Shown here: positions 1 through 14,155 of the stretch, one piece after another
Position numbering within the stretch: the stretch's first letter is position 1
Layout of the letters: each line of letters begins with the position of its first letter
NCBI GenBank assembly: GCA_951406725.2
Contig: OX597816.1
Coordinates: 41,354,001-41,418,000 of the forward strand
Length of the DNA: 64,000 bases
Source: Octopus vulgaris
Lineage: Eukaryota
Reading direction: 5' to 3'
Translations under genes and position numbers: made by a program
Notes under the pieces: model-generated
Databases searched by the model: none
Seen by the model: the letters and a program-made list of their open reading frames with translations, nothing else
Told to the model about the DNA's origin: nothing

Positions 1-579
1 TCTGAAAGACTCTCAAGACGCTTAGATGCTTATAAATGTACTTTCGCACAAAGCCTTGGGAATGAAATTGAATAACCGTTAACCAAATTAATTATCTTAA
101 TTAACCTTAAGATATGGATGAATTAATTTAACTCTAGCCTCCACCATCGTATAAAGACTATGTAACTATTTAATTTGCTGTGTGAGCGTATGGGCACCAA
201 ACCACGAATGTGCGTAAGCCTATATCTTCGTGGATACGACCGAGTGTACAACCGAAGTGAGAGTGTTTATACCTCCATATCTGTTAAAGGTGATATTTAA
301 TACCTTTCTGCTGTATTATATTTTCGTTTCTTTTTGTTATTTATTATTGATCTTATATATAAATGAATCTGTATCACTTAACTTGCTGTTTTTCTATTCA
401 CAGAGAGGATCAATTGCGGAACAGTCTTTATGTTAACGAGATGTATCTCGTTATCTCCTTATCTCGTAATTACTTGAAGAAATACATCTATCCGAAACTA
501 GTTGTTAAATATCCTACCCGTGATGGTTCGATACGATTGTATTGATTAATAAACACTCTCGTATCTTCCGTCTTCCGTA

Positions 580-583
<4 letters not shown>
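1..583 (+). mobile_element. Probable PLE 3' end/pseudo-LTR remnant ending in a (TA)n array
   Basis: HHR-like motif TTGAAGA(474-480)-stem-GAAA-CTAG-TT(494-503) with palindromic AACTAGTT; AATAAA near 548; abuts (TA)n at 583, like other PLE ends here. Confidence 0.4.
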
Positions 584-627
<44 letters not shown>

Positions 628-629
<2 letters not shown>

Positions 630-943
630 AAGGAAATGAAGAAAATGCTGACAAAATAATTTAAGTAAGGGAGAGTGTTTTTAATTAGGTGAAAGTTATT
701 TTTACCGGTTGCGCATTTGTTATGCTTATCAAAAGATATTTTTATAAGAGAGATATAGTTCCTTTCTGATAGATTTTTTTCAGATAAGAGAAACAAATCT
801 ATCAGAAAGGAACACTATTTCTCTTAAAAAAATATCTTTTGATAAGCATAACAAATGCGCAACCGGTAAAAAGAACTTTCACCTAATTAAATACACTCTC
901 CCTTACTTAAATTATTTTGTCAGCATTTTCTTCATTTCCTTTT
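628..943. mobile_element. Hairpin (about 150-bp inverted arms, about 20-nt spacer) PLE-type insertion next to a (TA)n array
   Basis: 628-775 is the reverse complement of 795-943; right arm has degenerate HHR TTGATAA-GCAT-aacaa-ATGC-GCAA-CCGG-TA (839-868). Confidence 0.75.
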
Positions 944-980
944 TTATATATTACAACTCGTCTTCCACATCTCCTTTTTT

Positions 981-1014
<34 letters not shown>

Positions 1015-1015
<1 letters not shown>

Positions 1016-1315
1016 AAGCTTGCTAACCAACCACATGATTCCGGGCTCCGTCCCATTTGCATGGCGCCTTGGGAAGCTGTCTTCTACTATAACGTCGGGC
1101 CGACCAAAGCCTTGCGAGTGGATTTGGTAGACGGAAACGGAAAGAAGCCCTTCGTGGGGCTGGCCAGGTCGGAGCAATCTCAAGATTAATCAGCCGAAAC
1201 TGCGAGGATGATCCGGTTCTTGACTGAAGATTGAAGGCTTCGAATGTCCCGTCCGTGTTTTTTGTATCGTCTTCTAAATGTTTTGCGTTCTTGTCCCAGC
1301 TTGTATTTTTTTACA

Positions 1316-1360
<45 letters not shown>

Positions 1361-1545
1361 GTGTGTGTGTGTGTGTATGTTTGTGTGTCTGTCTTCCCAA
1401 CATCGCTTGGCAACCGATGATGGTGTGTTCACGTACCCGTAACTTAGCGGTTCGACAAAAGAGATCGATATAATAAGTACTAGTCTTACAAGGAATAAGT
1501 CCTGGGGTCGATTTACCCAACTGAAACAAGTAAAAGAGTAAAAGA
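1015..1545 (+). mobile_element. tRNA-derived SINE family B, interrupted by about 165 bp of unrelated sequence (about 1156-1320)
   Basis: Matches copies at 23285-23695 and 42243-42660 (CCGACCAAAGCCTTG.GAGTGGATTTGGTAGACGGAAAC; GTAACTTAGCGGTTCG; AAGTAAAAGAG tail). Confidence 0.75.
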
Positions 1546-2069
1546 TGTATATATATACATACAAATACATATTTATTCATATATAAATATATGCATACAA
1601 ATATACATATTTAAATATTTATGTATATTTGTATGCGTTTGTTTGTATGTGTATGAGTGTCTGTGTATTTATATAGGGAATACCAGCACGGAGTTTTAAT
1701 ACCAATAGACAACTTTTATCTTACATTAAAGGTGGAAGTTATGTTACAACCGAAAACACAGCGTTATTTACTCTTAGACAACCTCTCGTATGGACTAGTT
1801 TTTCCTTAAAAATCTCGTGTTTACATTGCTGACGTGTGATAACCGTCCACTACAACGGCCTGAACTGCTAGATCACCCGATTTCGTCTGTCGTCCAATGA
1901 AGATATTGTAATTCATTCCCCATCAACGGCTGTCACAAATAGGCACTTGGCTTAAAAGAAAATAATTAATTGCGAGATAAACGCGTGATTATATTGTAAA
2001 CTCGCGATATATACGCGTGTTCATATCGTTGAGGGGAAATAGCCGTCTACTACATGGGAGATGAATATC

Positions 2070-2189
2070 TGTTTCTTTATTGCCCACAAGGGGCTAAACA
2101 TAGAGGGGACAAACAAGGACAGACAAACGGATTAAGTCGATTACATTGACCCCAGTGCGTAACTGGTACTTAATTTATCGACCCCAAAA
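2070..2189 (-). mobile_element. 5'-truncated SINE family A with 16-bp target-site duplication
   Basis: Matches the 3' part of 62778-63180; flanked by identical ATGGGAGATGAATATC at 2054-2069 and 2190-2205. Confidence 0.85.
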
Positions 2190-4504
2190 ATGGGAGATGA
2201 ATATCATCTTGTTATTACTACTCTTTCTGTGGCTATTAATTACACTTGTCAGGGCGCAAAGAGCACTTACTCAAGGGAGGTTCAAATGGCGCCGTGACTA
2301 GGTGCTTGCAATACTCGCTCATGCTTTGCAACAGGAAAGGTAAAATTCACCATTCTAATGGGAAAGCAGCAGCACTAATCATGATCGCGAAACAGAAAAA
2401 GATCAAAGGAGACAGAAAATATGGCCAATAATCTACTACATATAGTCCAATTTACGAATAGGAAATTGGACATGAGAAAAAAAAACTGTAGTTTCTCCAC
2501 GTCGTCTATACAACCAAGAGATCAGATATGGTTTTGGTGTCGGAAAGGCAAGGGAAATAGTCTTGATCGTACTTACAAGAAAAGAGCGATCGGGTCTTCG
2601 GATGGAGCCGTTCTAAGTATGGAAGAAGTCAGTATTCTCCCAGTCGAGTTTGGCTGTAGCGGATTGCCGGCACAGTCGAAATTTAGGATGCTTACAACTA
2701 ATATGGATGAGAGGAAACGGACGAAGCGTGAGTTTACCTCTTGCTGGTTAAGAAACACGAAATAAGATTTAAGCTGGAAACGAGGGGAAGATGATAAGCC
2801 GTGAATTGGCACTCTTCACTGATTTCCCAATGGAAAAGTTTTACGGTTCAAGGTCCAAACACTCGATAACCGTTGGATACCGTCTGATGACATCAGTCGC
2901 TCCTAGCCAATGCGCCATTCATTTTGGGAAGTGATCACGTTGAAACCATAACCCTACACATTTTTCTCTCACCCATTTTTTTTCTCTCAATCGTTTCCTT
3001 CGAAGGACTTAGGCTCGAGACGCCAAAGCCTTCTCCACTGTACATAGTTTGAACTATACATTCATATATACATACATGCATATATATCGAGAAATTGAGA
3101 TATGTATTCATATATATGAATGCATTCTCTTCTACACACTCACATATATACACCCCCACATACAAATGTATACATACACACACACACACACACACACGTA
3201 TATATATATAGATGTATAAAAATATATATATATGAGCATGTATTCATAATTCATTGATGCAACTCATGCGTTTGTATGTGAAAATAAAATAAATTACAAC
3301 GTAGGAGACTTATTAGCGACTGAATATTCTCAAAATCCTTTAACTTCCTTCAGTCATATATACCATGTGGTATCAAACCTTTCGTCCCATCACCTGCACC
3401 ATTTTTATTAATATAGTTATGTAGACTGATCACTAATACACCCAGTAAATTTCTTACCTACAATTACCGTACACGACATTGCCCTATACTATAAAACGAG
3501 GAAATAACGATGTTCGTCTTTTAAAAAAATAATGCATATATAGCGGGCGATGTGTATTTCAGGACGTTTACTTATCACTATGTAACTATCTTTATTAAGG
3601 ACGCTTAATTATCTCTACATTACTATCTTCAAACACATTAAAATATTTTTTTATTTATTTCGGAACCCGCACCACAGAATGCTAGATAAACAATTATTGT
3701 TGCCATATCGGGATTGACCATCAGAAAAGTTATGCACGACAATATTCGATTTACATGTTGTACACATAATTGTTGTTTCGAACACGACAAAATAATATCA
3801 TCTATTTTATGATTGCCAAACTTGCCACTATGACATTTATCAAGAGTTGGGTTATTTATATAAATGTTGGAATTTACTAGATTTCAACCTATACTCCGTC
3901 GCCAGCGTGCAACATTACACTGAAGCTTCAGCATGAAATCTAATTATTTGTTAGGTTTTGCTGGATGAGTTATTGATAATTTGCATGAGGATTATATTCA
4001 TGTAAGAAATACGGTATTTATTTGAATTTATTTCTATCATTACATGATATTATCTCTATTAATTTTGTGAATAAAATTTTATATTTTCGAATATTTTTCT
4101 GTATATTAAATATGTCACGTATTCATATTTTAGGAATTCTTACCTTCTGATTGTAAATTTAATTTCCTATAAAATTAATATTTATTAAATATTCATTTAA
4201 TTTATATCTCATTTCGCACTCCTTGTTTGTTTTCACATACACAAACACAATGCATCATAATTTGAAAAGTTAGATATGTTATTCAAAACTGGAAATATAA
4301 TTTGAATTACAAGCCACCGACGTACATAATGCATACATACATACAGACAGACATAGATAGATTTGCGTGCATGTGTGTGTGCATTGTGTATAAGTCTTCA
4401 TTTATGTCTGTGTGTATAGTTGTGTGTGAGTGTGTGTACTTTGTATATATGTGTTTATATATAGATGTGTGTGTGGTTGCGTGTGTATGAGTACATATAT
4501 ATAT

Positions 4505-4557
<53 letters not shown>

Positions 4558-4573
4558 TAAATATATATATATA

Positions 4574-4660
<87 letters not shown>

Positions 4661-7600
4661 AAGTATGTATGTATATATATAATGCATGTACTTAACTCAG
4701 TGCATAGCACATTATGGATATATATTATGATATATAATATGGAAGATGAATATTTAATATCACAGCAAGAAAATCTTATTTTTTGCCTGTAAGGTTTCAT
4801 CTATCTAATAAAAATTGTATGACCATATCAGTATGACTTCTGGCATAATTCGTTCGGCATAATTTCCTTAAACCATATTTATAATCGACCAATGCAACCA
4901 TGACATACACTATGCTTAAACTTCACTCCAAAATTAAATGTGCATGCATAAGTTAACTCGCTCTCCTTTCATGAAGAACAATGACGTCCAGTTACTCGGA
5001 CTCAAACTCTTTACCCCAGAGTATGCAAAAATGGCTTGCTTCCACTACTGGGTATTCCAACTTCCTCGAACTCACCCTCTGCATGAGTACGTTTTCGACG
5101 ATATGCCTTCCTCTAATGAGGCCACATATAATTATTCACCCATCTATCAATTCCATGCAGATAAAAACTCTATGCCTGAGCACTTTGAAACAATTCATTC
5201 ATAGCTACTTTTTAACTGTCAAGAAAAAACAGACTATGAACGCCTGAAGAAAGCAACTCTCCCACTAAACCTGGGGAATGGTCACTCAGCATGTACTTTC
5301 ACCTCACAAAATACAACCGACCACTTTGCATTCCTTCAAAAATATTTTCCGCTAAATTTGTAAAATTTTATTTCCACCACAAGGATGGTTCTACGACAAG
5401 TACATCCCCGGTGAAATCCTCTAAATTCATTGCCTGTTTTTCATCAAATACGATGCTTCATGTACTTGGTAAATATCTTCCAATTATATCCCCTTTCACC
5501 CTTACCAGATTCATGACATTACTTACATTCTCGCCAGATGTAAAACACACTAACAATTGCTTTAATATAACAAACCAACAGCCTTGTGAATGGCCATTCT
5601 ATCAGCCACAAACATAGCCCCAGAAATAGCAGCACGTATTCCTTGAAAGCTTATTGCATTTGGGAGACTGAGATATCGTATAATTCCTGTGCAAATATCC
5701 CATGAACTATTCATATAAAGAAAAATACCGCACCTCGCTTTCTTTAAACAGACACACATACCATGCATCTATAGCTTTTGATATCGCTTCTTATCTTAAT
5801 CCTCACTATCATTGAGTATAGTGATGAAAGTACAGTCGAGGATCGCTTCTCAAAGACTGTCCTTTTATTAAGGAGTAGGAAACATTTCTGCTCTCAACAT
5901 ATATTGGCACTCAACAACGATCAGTTACTGTTTTATACTACACATATGGGAAGAAAATGATACTGCAATGCAAGAGGGAAATGAAAATGTGGTTACAAAA
6001 GTATTACAATAAAGCTTGAATTTTTTATAATATCTGCTGTCCACGTTTCTTAAAATCTGATCCACAGAAAAAGTGCAAACATGAAGAAGGCGTAGTAACG
6101 CAAACAGATTGATATTGTTACGTGAACTAACTGGTGTTGTGCAAAATTTATTTGCTGCAGGTAAATGTATTTTTTTCAACACCTATTTGTTGTAAATGAA
6201 CTGGAAAAACGAAAACTGATGACAGGGTGTGCACTTTGATATTAATAAACGGAAATATTTCAAATACATATTTATATTCTCTAGAAAAATAAATGCCTTA
6301 AATGAAATATAACATTATATTGATTACGAATATCATTATATGAATTATAACATTATGTGAATTACGAATTAAGATAAGATAATTTAACATTTTAAAATAC
6401 AGTCGACTGAAGAAAATATTACCAGCACATGTATATATACAATTCGAATATACAATTCGGTAGAAATCTATTTCACTGCTTTCTTATTGCTCATATTTAC
6501 ATTTGTGCTATCTTACAAAAATATTTCGATGTTTCTACCTTTGCCGCTATATAATATATTATTCTCATTAAGAAGACGTATCCGTTAGTAATGTAATTTT
6601 TCTGATAAAGTTGAAATACATTTCCCGGATAATAAATGATTCCCTGTTGAGTTCCAGATGAATCTTTTTTTCCTAAACAAAATATCACCTGCAGAGTGTT
6701 AAAATATCATTTCCCTTTCTCTTTAAGATATTTTTCTGCAGAATATTTTACATCGTCAGAATAATTTACACTACATTCATCTCTTAAATGATACATTCTG
6801 TTGCTCACTATCTCCTAATTTTTATCTTTGAATTCTCTCACTAGAGGTGTGTGATACTATGATGCTTTTAGTTTATATTTTTAAAGATAAAAAACATTTC
6901 CATTAAGTAGTCGCTACGTCACTTTGAAATCTTACAATGAACATCACAAACTTACAGAGAAATTCACAAGTGCGAATTTTTTTTTATTTAGCATGACTAC
7001 GCATTCTATATATTTTGAATGGCCTATGCCTAATGGTACACATCTATATAGTTTGAATGGCATACTCATAAATCTACAAAGATTTACTTCCGTTAAACTT
7101 TTCAGCAAAATACATGCAATACATGTATTGTTCATGAAGTCAGTTAAAATTTTGCATTTTGTTAAATCCCAAACAATAATCCAATATCAGTTAAGTCAGT
7201 TATACTGACTTCTGCTTTTATGCACGCTTTTTTTGTGAAATGTATTGAGGAACAGCAAAAATATACTTTCATTGAAATACACATTGCGCAGAAACACACT
7301 TGCATATAAATGTATAAAAGCAAAACATGAATTTTTTACTTATATTTTCGTAATGTTTCGTATATGTTTTACTATTAGTGCAGTAGGTAATAGGGTTACA
7401 AATTCGGGAAAAAAAAAGATTTCATGGAATATCTTGTTGCAGTAATTTAAAATTTCCAATCCTGTCAAATGAGATTATGCATATCATATTCACTGAAACA
7501 TCAAATAAATGTTATTCAAATAAATGTTATAGCAATTACCTCATTGTGTTGAGACCATTAAGGGTATCGGTAGTGTCACAATATTTCTGAAACAAAGTGA

Positions 7601-8340
7601 TCGGTATAAGTCAGCTGATGAGGGGAATTATCTCTAGTTTATACAAATAGTGTATTTCTTTCTTTTATGCAACCTCTCATTTTCACTAAGTATTACCTAT
7701 TTCTTTTACCTTTGTCTCTCTATTTGTCTCCATTTTTCACGCTAACTCTCTGTTTCACCGATTTCTATTCAGAAAATTCAATTCAGCTTCTCCACGTCGT
7801 TTATCGGCGCTTTGTTTTCCTTCATTTCAGCTTCAGTTCCATTTAATAATACACATATGGATGTTGCCTTCATTTTGTTCTTAGTTCTGAAATTAACTTA
7901 TGAAGAATTACTTTTACTATTCCTTAGTTTTGCCGTCCTACTCAAAATATCTATTGTCATGTGACAATTCTTTCATGCTAGCCTTGTCGTAAATATGAAT
8001 GTTGTTTTTCACACGACCATCACAAATATCGGAAACATTGTTTAGTTTTTCACAAAATGACAAAGTAAAAATCAATCTGGATAGGTCTTTCAAAGCCCCA
8101 ATTCCAAGGTTCATATGCTTAAATGTTCGGTTTAGAGAGATGAATAGTTGAGGAAGGCAATAGAAAATTGCTTCCTTTGCATTATTTCAACGCCAATGAT
8201 TAACACACACACACACACACATACACAAACACACACACACACACACACAGACACACACACAAACACACACAGGTATTATTTACTTGTTTCTGTCATTACA
8301 CTGTGTGTGTGTGTGTATGTGTGCGCGTGCGTGTGTGTGT

Positions 8341-8585
8341 GGAGGCACGTGGCTTAGTGGTTAAAGTGTCAGCGTCATGATTATAAGATTGTGGTTTCGA
8401 TTCCTAGACCGGGTGACACGTTCTGTTCTTGAGCAAAACACTTCATTTCACGTTGCTCCAGTCCACTCAGCTGGCAACAATGAGTAACGATGTGATGGAC
8501 TGGCGTTCCGTCCAGCTGGAGAACACATACGCCATAGAAACCGGGAAACCGGGCCCATGAGCCTGACTTGGATTTAAAAGGGCCC

Positions 8586-8586
<1 letters not shown>
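8341..8586 (+). mobile_element. tRNA-derived SINE family D
   Basis: A box TGGCTTAGTGG, B box GTTTCGATTCC, then CTTGAGCAAAACACTT core; decayed relatives at about 29810-30005 (-) and 33860-34085 (-). Confidence 0.7.
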
Positions 8587-8635
<49 letters not shown>

Positions 8636-9020
8636 TTGTGTCTGTGTGTAATACACAATATATAGATTTAACTAATCCGGCATTATACATTAAGAAGCTC
8701 CTTTTATTAATGGATCAAGATACAGACCACATAATAAACCATACCTAAACAAAGGAGTGTAACGTATAATTTGATGCTGTTGAAATCCAATAAATACAAT
8801 TCGTAATGAACATTTCATTAGGAATGTATAAAATATAAAGAAAGAGAGGAGGTGTAAGTTGAAGATATTTATTTCAGCAGTTGATATCCACGGATGGCAA
8901 CTGGCGAAATAAATATACATTCTCTCTTTCTTTAATCGTTAATGACATGAAATATCTTTTGACCCTCCGTCCGATAACTGTTGAGGAGTTTGTGCATATA
9001 TTATATTTTTGTTTACATTA

Positions 9021-9075
<55 letters not shown>

Positions 9076-9539
9076 TAGATAGATAGATAGATAGATAAAT
9101 ACTGAGAGAGAGAGAGGGGGGAGACAGAAGGAGAATTATGTGAATAAACAAATAAGTTCGCTCGGGTTTCATATATATATAAAAGCAACGAAGCGTTAGC
9201 AGTGTTTGCAACTAAAAGAATGCGGAAGGAAGGGCTGAAAATATTCAGGCGATGAATATTCAAATATAAATTTATGAATACTCATAGAGTAATAAATAAA
9301 ACTTACACGTAGGGGGCTCTTTTCATTCCGCGAACATGTTCCTTCATAGAGATATCCGAGTGTCAGTTCAGGTCATTAGAAATCTACGAAGTGTTTCTAT
9401 ATTGAGAATCTCTGAATCTCATCTCCTGACACACAGTCACACACACACACACACACTCTCTCTCTCAATCTCTCTCTCTCCCTCTCTCTGTCTCTCTCTC
9501 TCTCTCTCTGTATGTATGTTTGTATGTGTGTTTGGGCGT

Positions 9540-9945
9540 ACCTTGTCAGATCTAATTTCTGTAGAAAATGGTGTAAAACAAGCTGATATTCCTGCGCCTA
9601 TATTGTTTGCTATGCATTTTGCAATAGTCTTTCAAATAGCTTTTGAAGAATGCACGGAAGGGGTCTATATAAGTTATAGGACAACGAGAACACTCTTCAA
9701 TCTCAAAAGACTCTATGCAAAAACGAAAGTTCTGCATTCTCATCTCGTTCAGTTCCTGTAAGCAGACGATTTTGACCTGTTGGGACATTCCTAGAAATAT
9801 ATGCAGCACATGATGAATGCAATTTCTGCAGCATGCGCAGCATAGGGTCTAACGATCAATCTAAAAAAAATCTAAAACAAAATCCAAGATGTGTGTGCAA
9901 CTTTTATAACTGTGAATAGTCAAAGGTTGGAGACTGCACTAGATT
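9540..9945 (+). pseudogene. RTE-clade LINE reverse transcriptase fragment
   Basis: GVKQADIPAPILF...GVYISYRTTRTLFNLKRLYAKTKV...FL*ADD matches the RTE/BovB RT motif GVKQGCVLAPTLF...GVYIxYRxxGKLFNLRRLxAKTKV...LFADD; contains stops and frameshifts. Confidence 0.85.
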
Positions 9946-9949
9946 ACAC

Positions 9950-11006
9950 CAACGCTCAAAAAGTGTGGCTGCCCTAATTAAGGAACCTGCATCGACCTTA
10001 TTGAAGACACAGCATACAAATTCAAATCAGGAAAGACTTTTACCGTAAAAAAATCACTTTACATTATCTTGAAAGAATTTAATACACGCTATTAAATATC
10101 AAGGATATAATAGCTCAAAGAAAGCTTACTCTAAGAAATAGACTGACCATTCACCGACAACAAATACGAGCCACCCCAGTATTAGATATATTCCACTGAG
10201 TGGAGACATGAACAAATGCTCAAAAATAAGTCCCTAAAATTCCTGGTCTTCCCACTCTACCTATGTTCAGCGAATACCACAGATGAAGCACGCATAAACA
10301 GAGAAAATACTTTCATACAAAAGTACAAACCAAGGGCTAACAAACTTTAAGAGATTACAAACACAAATGAATATTCATACACAAAACTTATACTGACAAT
10401 TATTACGAGGAACCTACACACCTAAAAACCTAAACTTTAGCCACTGGACTATATACAAACGTTTCTTGTTTACTCACCCACCAGACATCAAATTTCGAGT
10501 GCCTTGGTTATAATTAAACATGTTCACTCATCCGTGTGGGTCTACTTTTTAGGAGCAAAATATACTGTCACCTGATGCGAATGCACGGACGTAGCCGGAA
10601 ATGTACAAACGGTTATAAACTTAATCCTGTGTTCGTTCTCTATGAACGCTTGACAGGAAACATTCACAGCATTAATTATTTTGATATGTTCAGTCAAACG
10701 TATCAGCCTTAACTTCCGACGCCAAACATTCTCACTCACGGATGTAGCGGGGAATCTATAAACATTTCTAAAACCGGTCATGTGATTATCCTGTTCAAAA
10801 CATACTAATTTGAGCAATGAACTCCCTATAAAAATAGGGCAAACTTCAGAAACTAGTCAGAGGCAAGACAGCTTCAACATTAGCTACGTCTTGCTATTTG
10901 AACATTTTGAAAATCAGTGTAAGCTGTGAAACCAGTTGAAGCTTTAAATTTATTAACAGAAAATATTATAACTATTCTTAGGGCATTTTCAATTTCTGTT
11001 TTGCAC
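9950..11006 (+). mobile_element. Decayed PLE 3' fragment (Cys-rich linker, GIY-YIG C-terminus, 3' UTR)
   Basis: Frame-hopping translation KCGCPN*GTC..YKFKSGKTF / LRNRLTIHRQQI / FPLYLCS..RINRENTFIQKYKP; HHR-like TTGAAAA-TCAG-tgtaag-CTGT-GAAA-CCAG-TT at 10907-10937; ends at (TA)n. Confidence 0.75.
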
Positions 11007-11100
11007 ATATATATATATATGTGTGTGTGTGTGTGCGTATGTGAGTGTGCGCGCGCCTGTGGGCGTGCGTGTCTGTTTGTATATGTATGACTAAAAACTA

Positions 11101-11300
11101 AGGCGGTGAGATGGAAGAAGCTTAGGACGCCGGGAAAAATATTTTGTAACTTTTAGTCTGTCCTTACGTTCTGTTTCGAGACCGTCCTTGCATTTCATCC
11201 TTTCTGTATCGATGAAAGAAGTACCAGATGGGCATTGCCTTCGTTGTAATCAACTAATCCACTTCAGAATATTGCTGGCTTTGTGATAAAATTTGAAACC
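11101..11300 (+). mobile_element. Degenerate SINE family A
   Basis: GGCGGTGAG head and CATTTCATCCTTTC.GTATCGAT..AAGTACCAG core as in 62778-63180. Confidence 0.6.
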
Positions 11301-11415
11301 ATTATATGAATCTGAGCTAGATAAATTCAGTTTGAATTTAAATATACAAAAATGTATATAACTATATGCGTGCCCTAAAGTAAACACACACATACATACA
11401 TGCATATACACATAC

Positions 11416-11467
<52 letters not shown>

Positions 11468-11956
11468 GTGGTATTCTTATATATATATATATATCTGTGG
11501 TATTCTTATATACATACATATATGCAAAGTGAGAGAGAGGGAGAGAGAGAGGGTGAGTGAGAAACAAACAGACAGACACGTACACGCGCAAATATGTGTA
11601 TATATTCTCTATGCGTTCAGGACATGCAATCACACACTCACGTATCTATACACGCTGGTGTCTATATCTGTATTCTATATGATAAGTACTATATAATTAC
11701 GTTGCTTTTGAAAGCCGAATTCAAAAAGTATTATCTACTGTAATTATATTTTATAATTAAAGGTTAAAATGTGATTGGTAGTGAAACATGTTTTCAGATA
11801 TTGATACGGTAAATATTTATGTTACACTTTACTTCATCTTGTTTGTTTTTGTTTCCCCTGTAGCCATCTGTGTTTCTTGTTTAAAGAGATATACAAATAC
11901 CACAAACACTACAAATTAAAACACACACACAGGAATGAGTATATGCGTGTATATAT

Positions 11957-12012
<56 letters not shown>

Positions 12013-12197
12013 GAATATATGTGTATACATGTGTACTTATTTTCGAAAGCTCTACCTTAGGATATGGGTTAAACAGGTGCGGTAGTGTGTTATGAAGCCT
12101 GCTTACCAATCACATGGTACCGGGTTCAGTCCCACTGCGTGGCACCTTGTACATTAAGCCTTCTACTAAACTGAAAGAAGCCCGTGGAATACACACG

Positions 12198-12240
<43 letters not shown>

Positions 12241-12347
12241 GTGTCTAAATATATGCATATATATATTAATATGTATATATATAAATGTATATGTATATAT
12301 ATATATGTGTGTCTATATATATATACATATATATATATATTTATTAC

Positions 12348-12410
<63 letters not shown>

Positions 12411-12414
<4 letters not shown>

Positions 12415-13195
12415 ATATAAATAAAAGAGGCAGGCAACAGGTTGTTTAGCAAGCTACCGAAAAATCAGAAATAGCAGCCAAAGACTGTTTATTTGTATTT
12501 TCTACAAATAAGACTCCGCATACGACATATCCCTGTAATTCACATATGCAAAACAGGAGGAAGAATAACGAAAACAAAGTCTAACGCTTATTTACGAACG
12601 CGTTTCTAGATTAGGAATATATTAAAATATAAATTCCATGTCTTTCATCAGCGTAAAGCTCTACTAAAATAGATTTAGCAAATGCTGCGTACCCCCACTT
12701 CTCGATCAGGTGACATGGAAATAGTGGAAGAAAGCAAGCATAGGCCAAACCTATATAGACGATTGAATCCGTAAATCTTCCCTCTAAAATTTTACCATGC
12801 GTATTACAAAACTAGTTCCTTAGAGATAGAAACTATGGGTTGTCGTAGGGGAGTGAAAATTCCAATTAGTAATATAATAAGAGTAAATAATAGATTTAAT
12901 GTTTTTTAAAAAAACAACAATTATCTACGGGTAGATTTCGGCATGTAAATATAACCATTAACGGTAGGAACTTTTATAAAAGTTCAATATATATTTTTGT
13001 ATATAAATAAAAGAGGCAGGCAACAAGCAACCTGTTGCCTGCCTCTTTTATTTATATTCAAAGTATATATTGAACTTTTATAGAAGTTCCTAACGTTAAT
13101 GGTTATATTTACATGCCGAAATCTACCAGTAAGTAATTGTTGCTTTTTTCCTTTTTTAAACCATTAAAGCTATCATTTACTCTTATTATATTACT
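12411..13195. mobile_element. Non-coding PLE-type element: about 587-bp partial tandem plus about 160-bp inverted arm, flanked by (TA)n
   Basis: TTGTATATAAATAAAAGAGGCAGGCAACA at 12411 and 12998; 12868-13024 is the reverse complement of 13031-13195; CCGAAA followed by a near-palindromic ATCTACC(C/A)GTA. Confidence 0.7.
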
Positions 13196-13259
13196 ATATA
13201 TATATATATATATATATATGCATATGTATATATATATTAATATGTATATATATATATAT

Positions 13260-13307
<48 letters not shown>

Positions 13308-13308
13308 T

Positions 13309-13499
13309 AAGTCACAAGAAATTTGAAGAGCTAACTGCGAAACCGGTATTTCTTTAAAAATTATAAAATTATGTCATTTTAAGGAAAGGAAAAAAAAAAA
13401 AAAAAAATTTTTTTTCCAATATTCTCCAGACATTTTGACGCAAATATATATATTTTTTAACATTTAAGCCTTCTGTCGTTTTTTCACTCTTTACTATTT

Positions 13500-13503
<4 letters not shown>
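13309..13503 (+). mobile_element. PLE 3'-terminal fragment with minimal HHR motif
   Basis: TTGAAGA-GC-taact-GC-GAAA-CCGG-TA (13323-13348); terminus AAGCCTTCTGTCGTTTTTTCACT resembles 14771-14793; (TA)n on both sides. Confidence 0.7.
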
Positions 13504-13535
<32 letters not shown>

Positions 13536-14155
13536 GAGAAGAGTGAAAAAACTACAGAAGGCTTGTTTTATGAGGTTAAAGAATATATTTAAGTCGTTAT
13601 GTTATTTTTTATTTTTTTTTTATTTTAAGTCGTTATGTTAGAAGAACGTTATAAAATGTTTCATACAGTAAAATAGTTTTTGAAGAAACTACCGGTCTCG
13701 TGTTAACTTTTCAAATTTCTCAAATGTCTTTACCTACATCGTGTTATGTCTTCGTTATGTAGTGCAAAGAAGAGTTCCAGGTAGGGTGAGGTAATAAGCG
13801 ATTTCTTCCGGTATAAGGGTGATAATCGCTTTATATTTCTTTTCCCTTATTTAATGGGGTGAGTTTCTTTGTATGAGAATGTTAGAATGGTTAAGTTTAG
13901 GCTTATATTTTTCAATGAAGAATGTTTGCTTGTTTAATCTAATTTGTGTTGGTGTTCCAATAGCACATTGATAGAATGTAAAGATCAAAACTTGTGGTAG
14001 TAGCTGCTTTGCGCATTTCTCAATATGCTCACTAAAGGGTATCAATCTGTATTCTGGGAATGCAATCTGTTGTCGATACAGATCTGATCTGATCTTGAAT
14101 TTTTTGTCACTCTTTGAAAAGGAATTCTGATCCTTCTAGAAGGAAATTCTAAAGT

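Noticed and set aside
4302-4800. [18 protein letters not shown] ORFs here and throughout the window
   Set aside because: Stop-free translations of (TA)n and (CA)n microsatellites.
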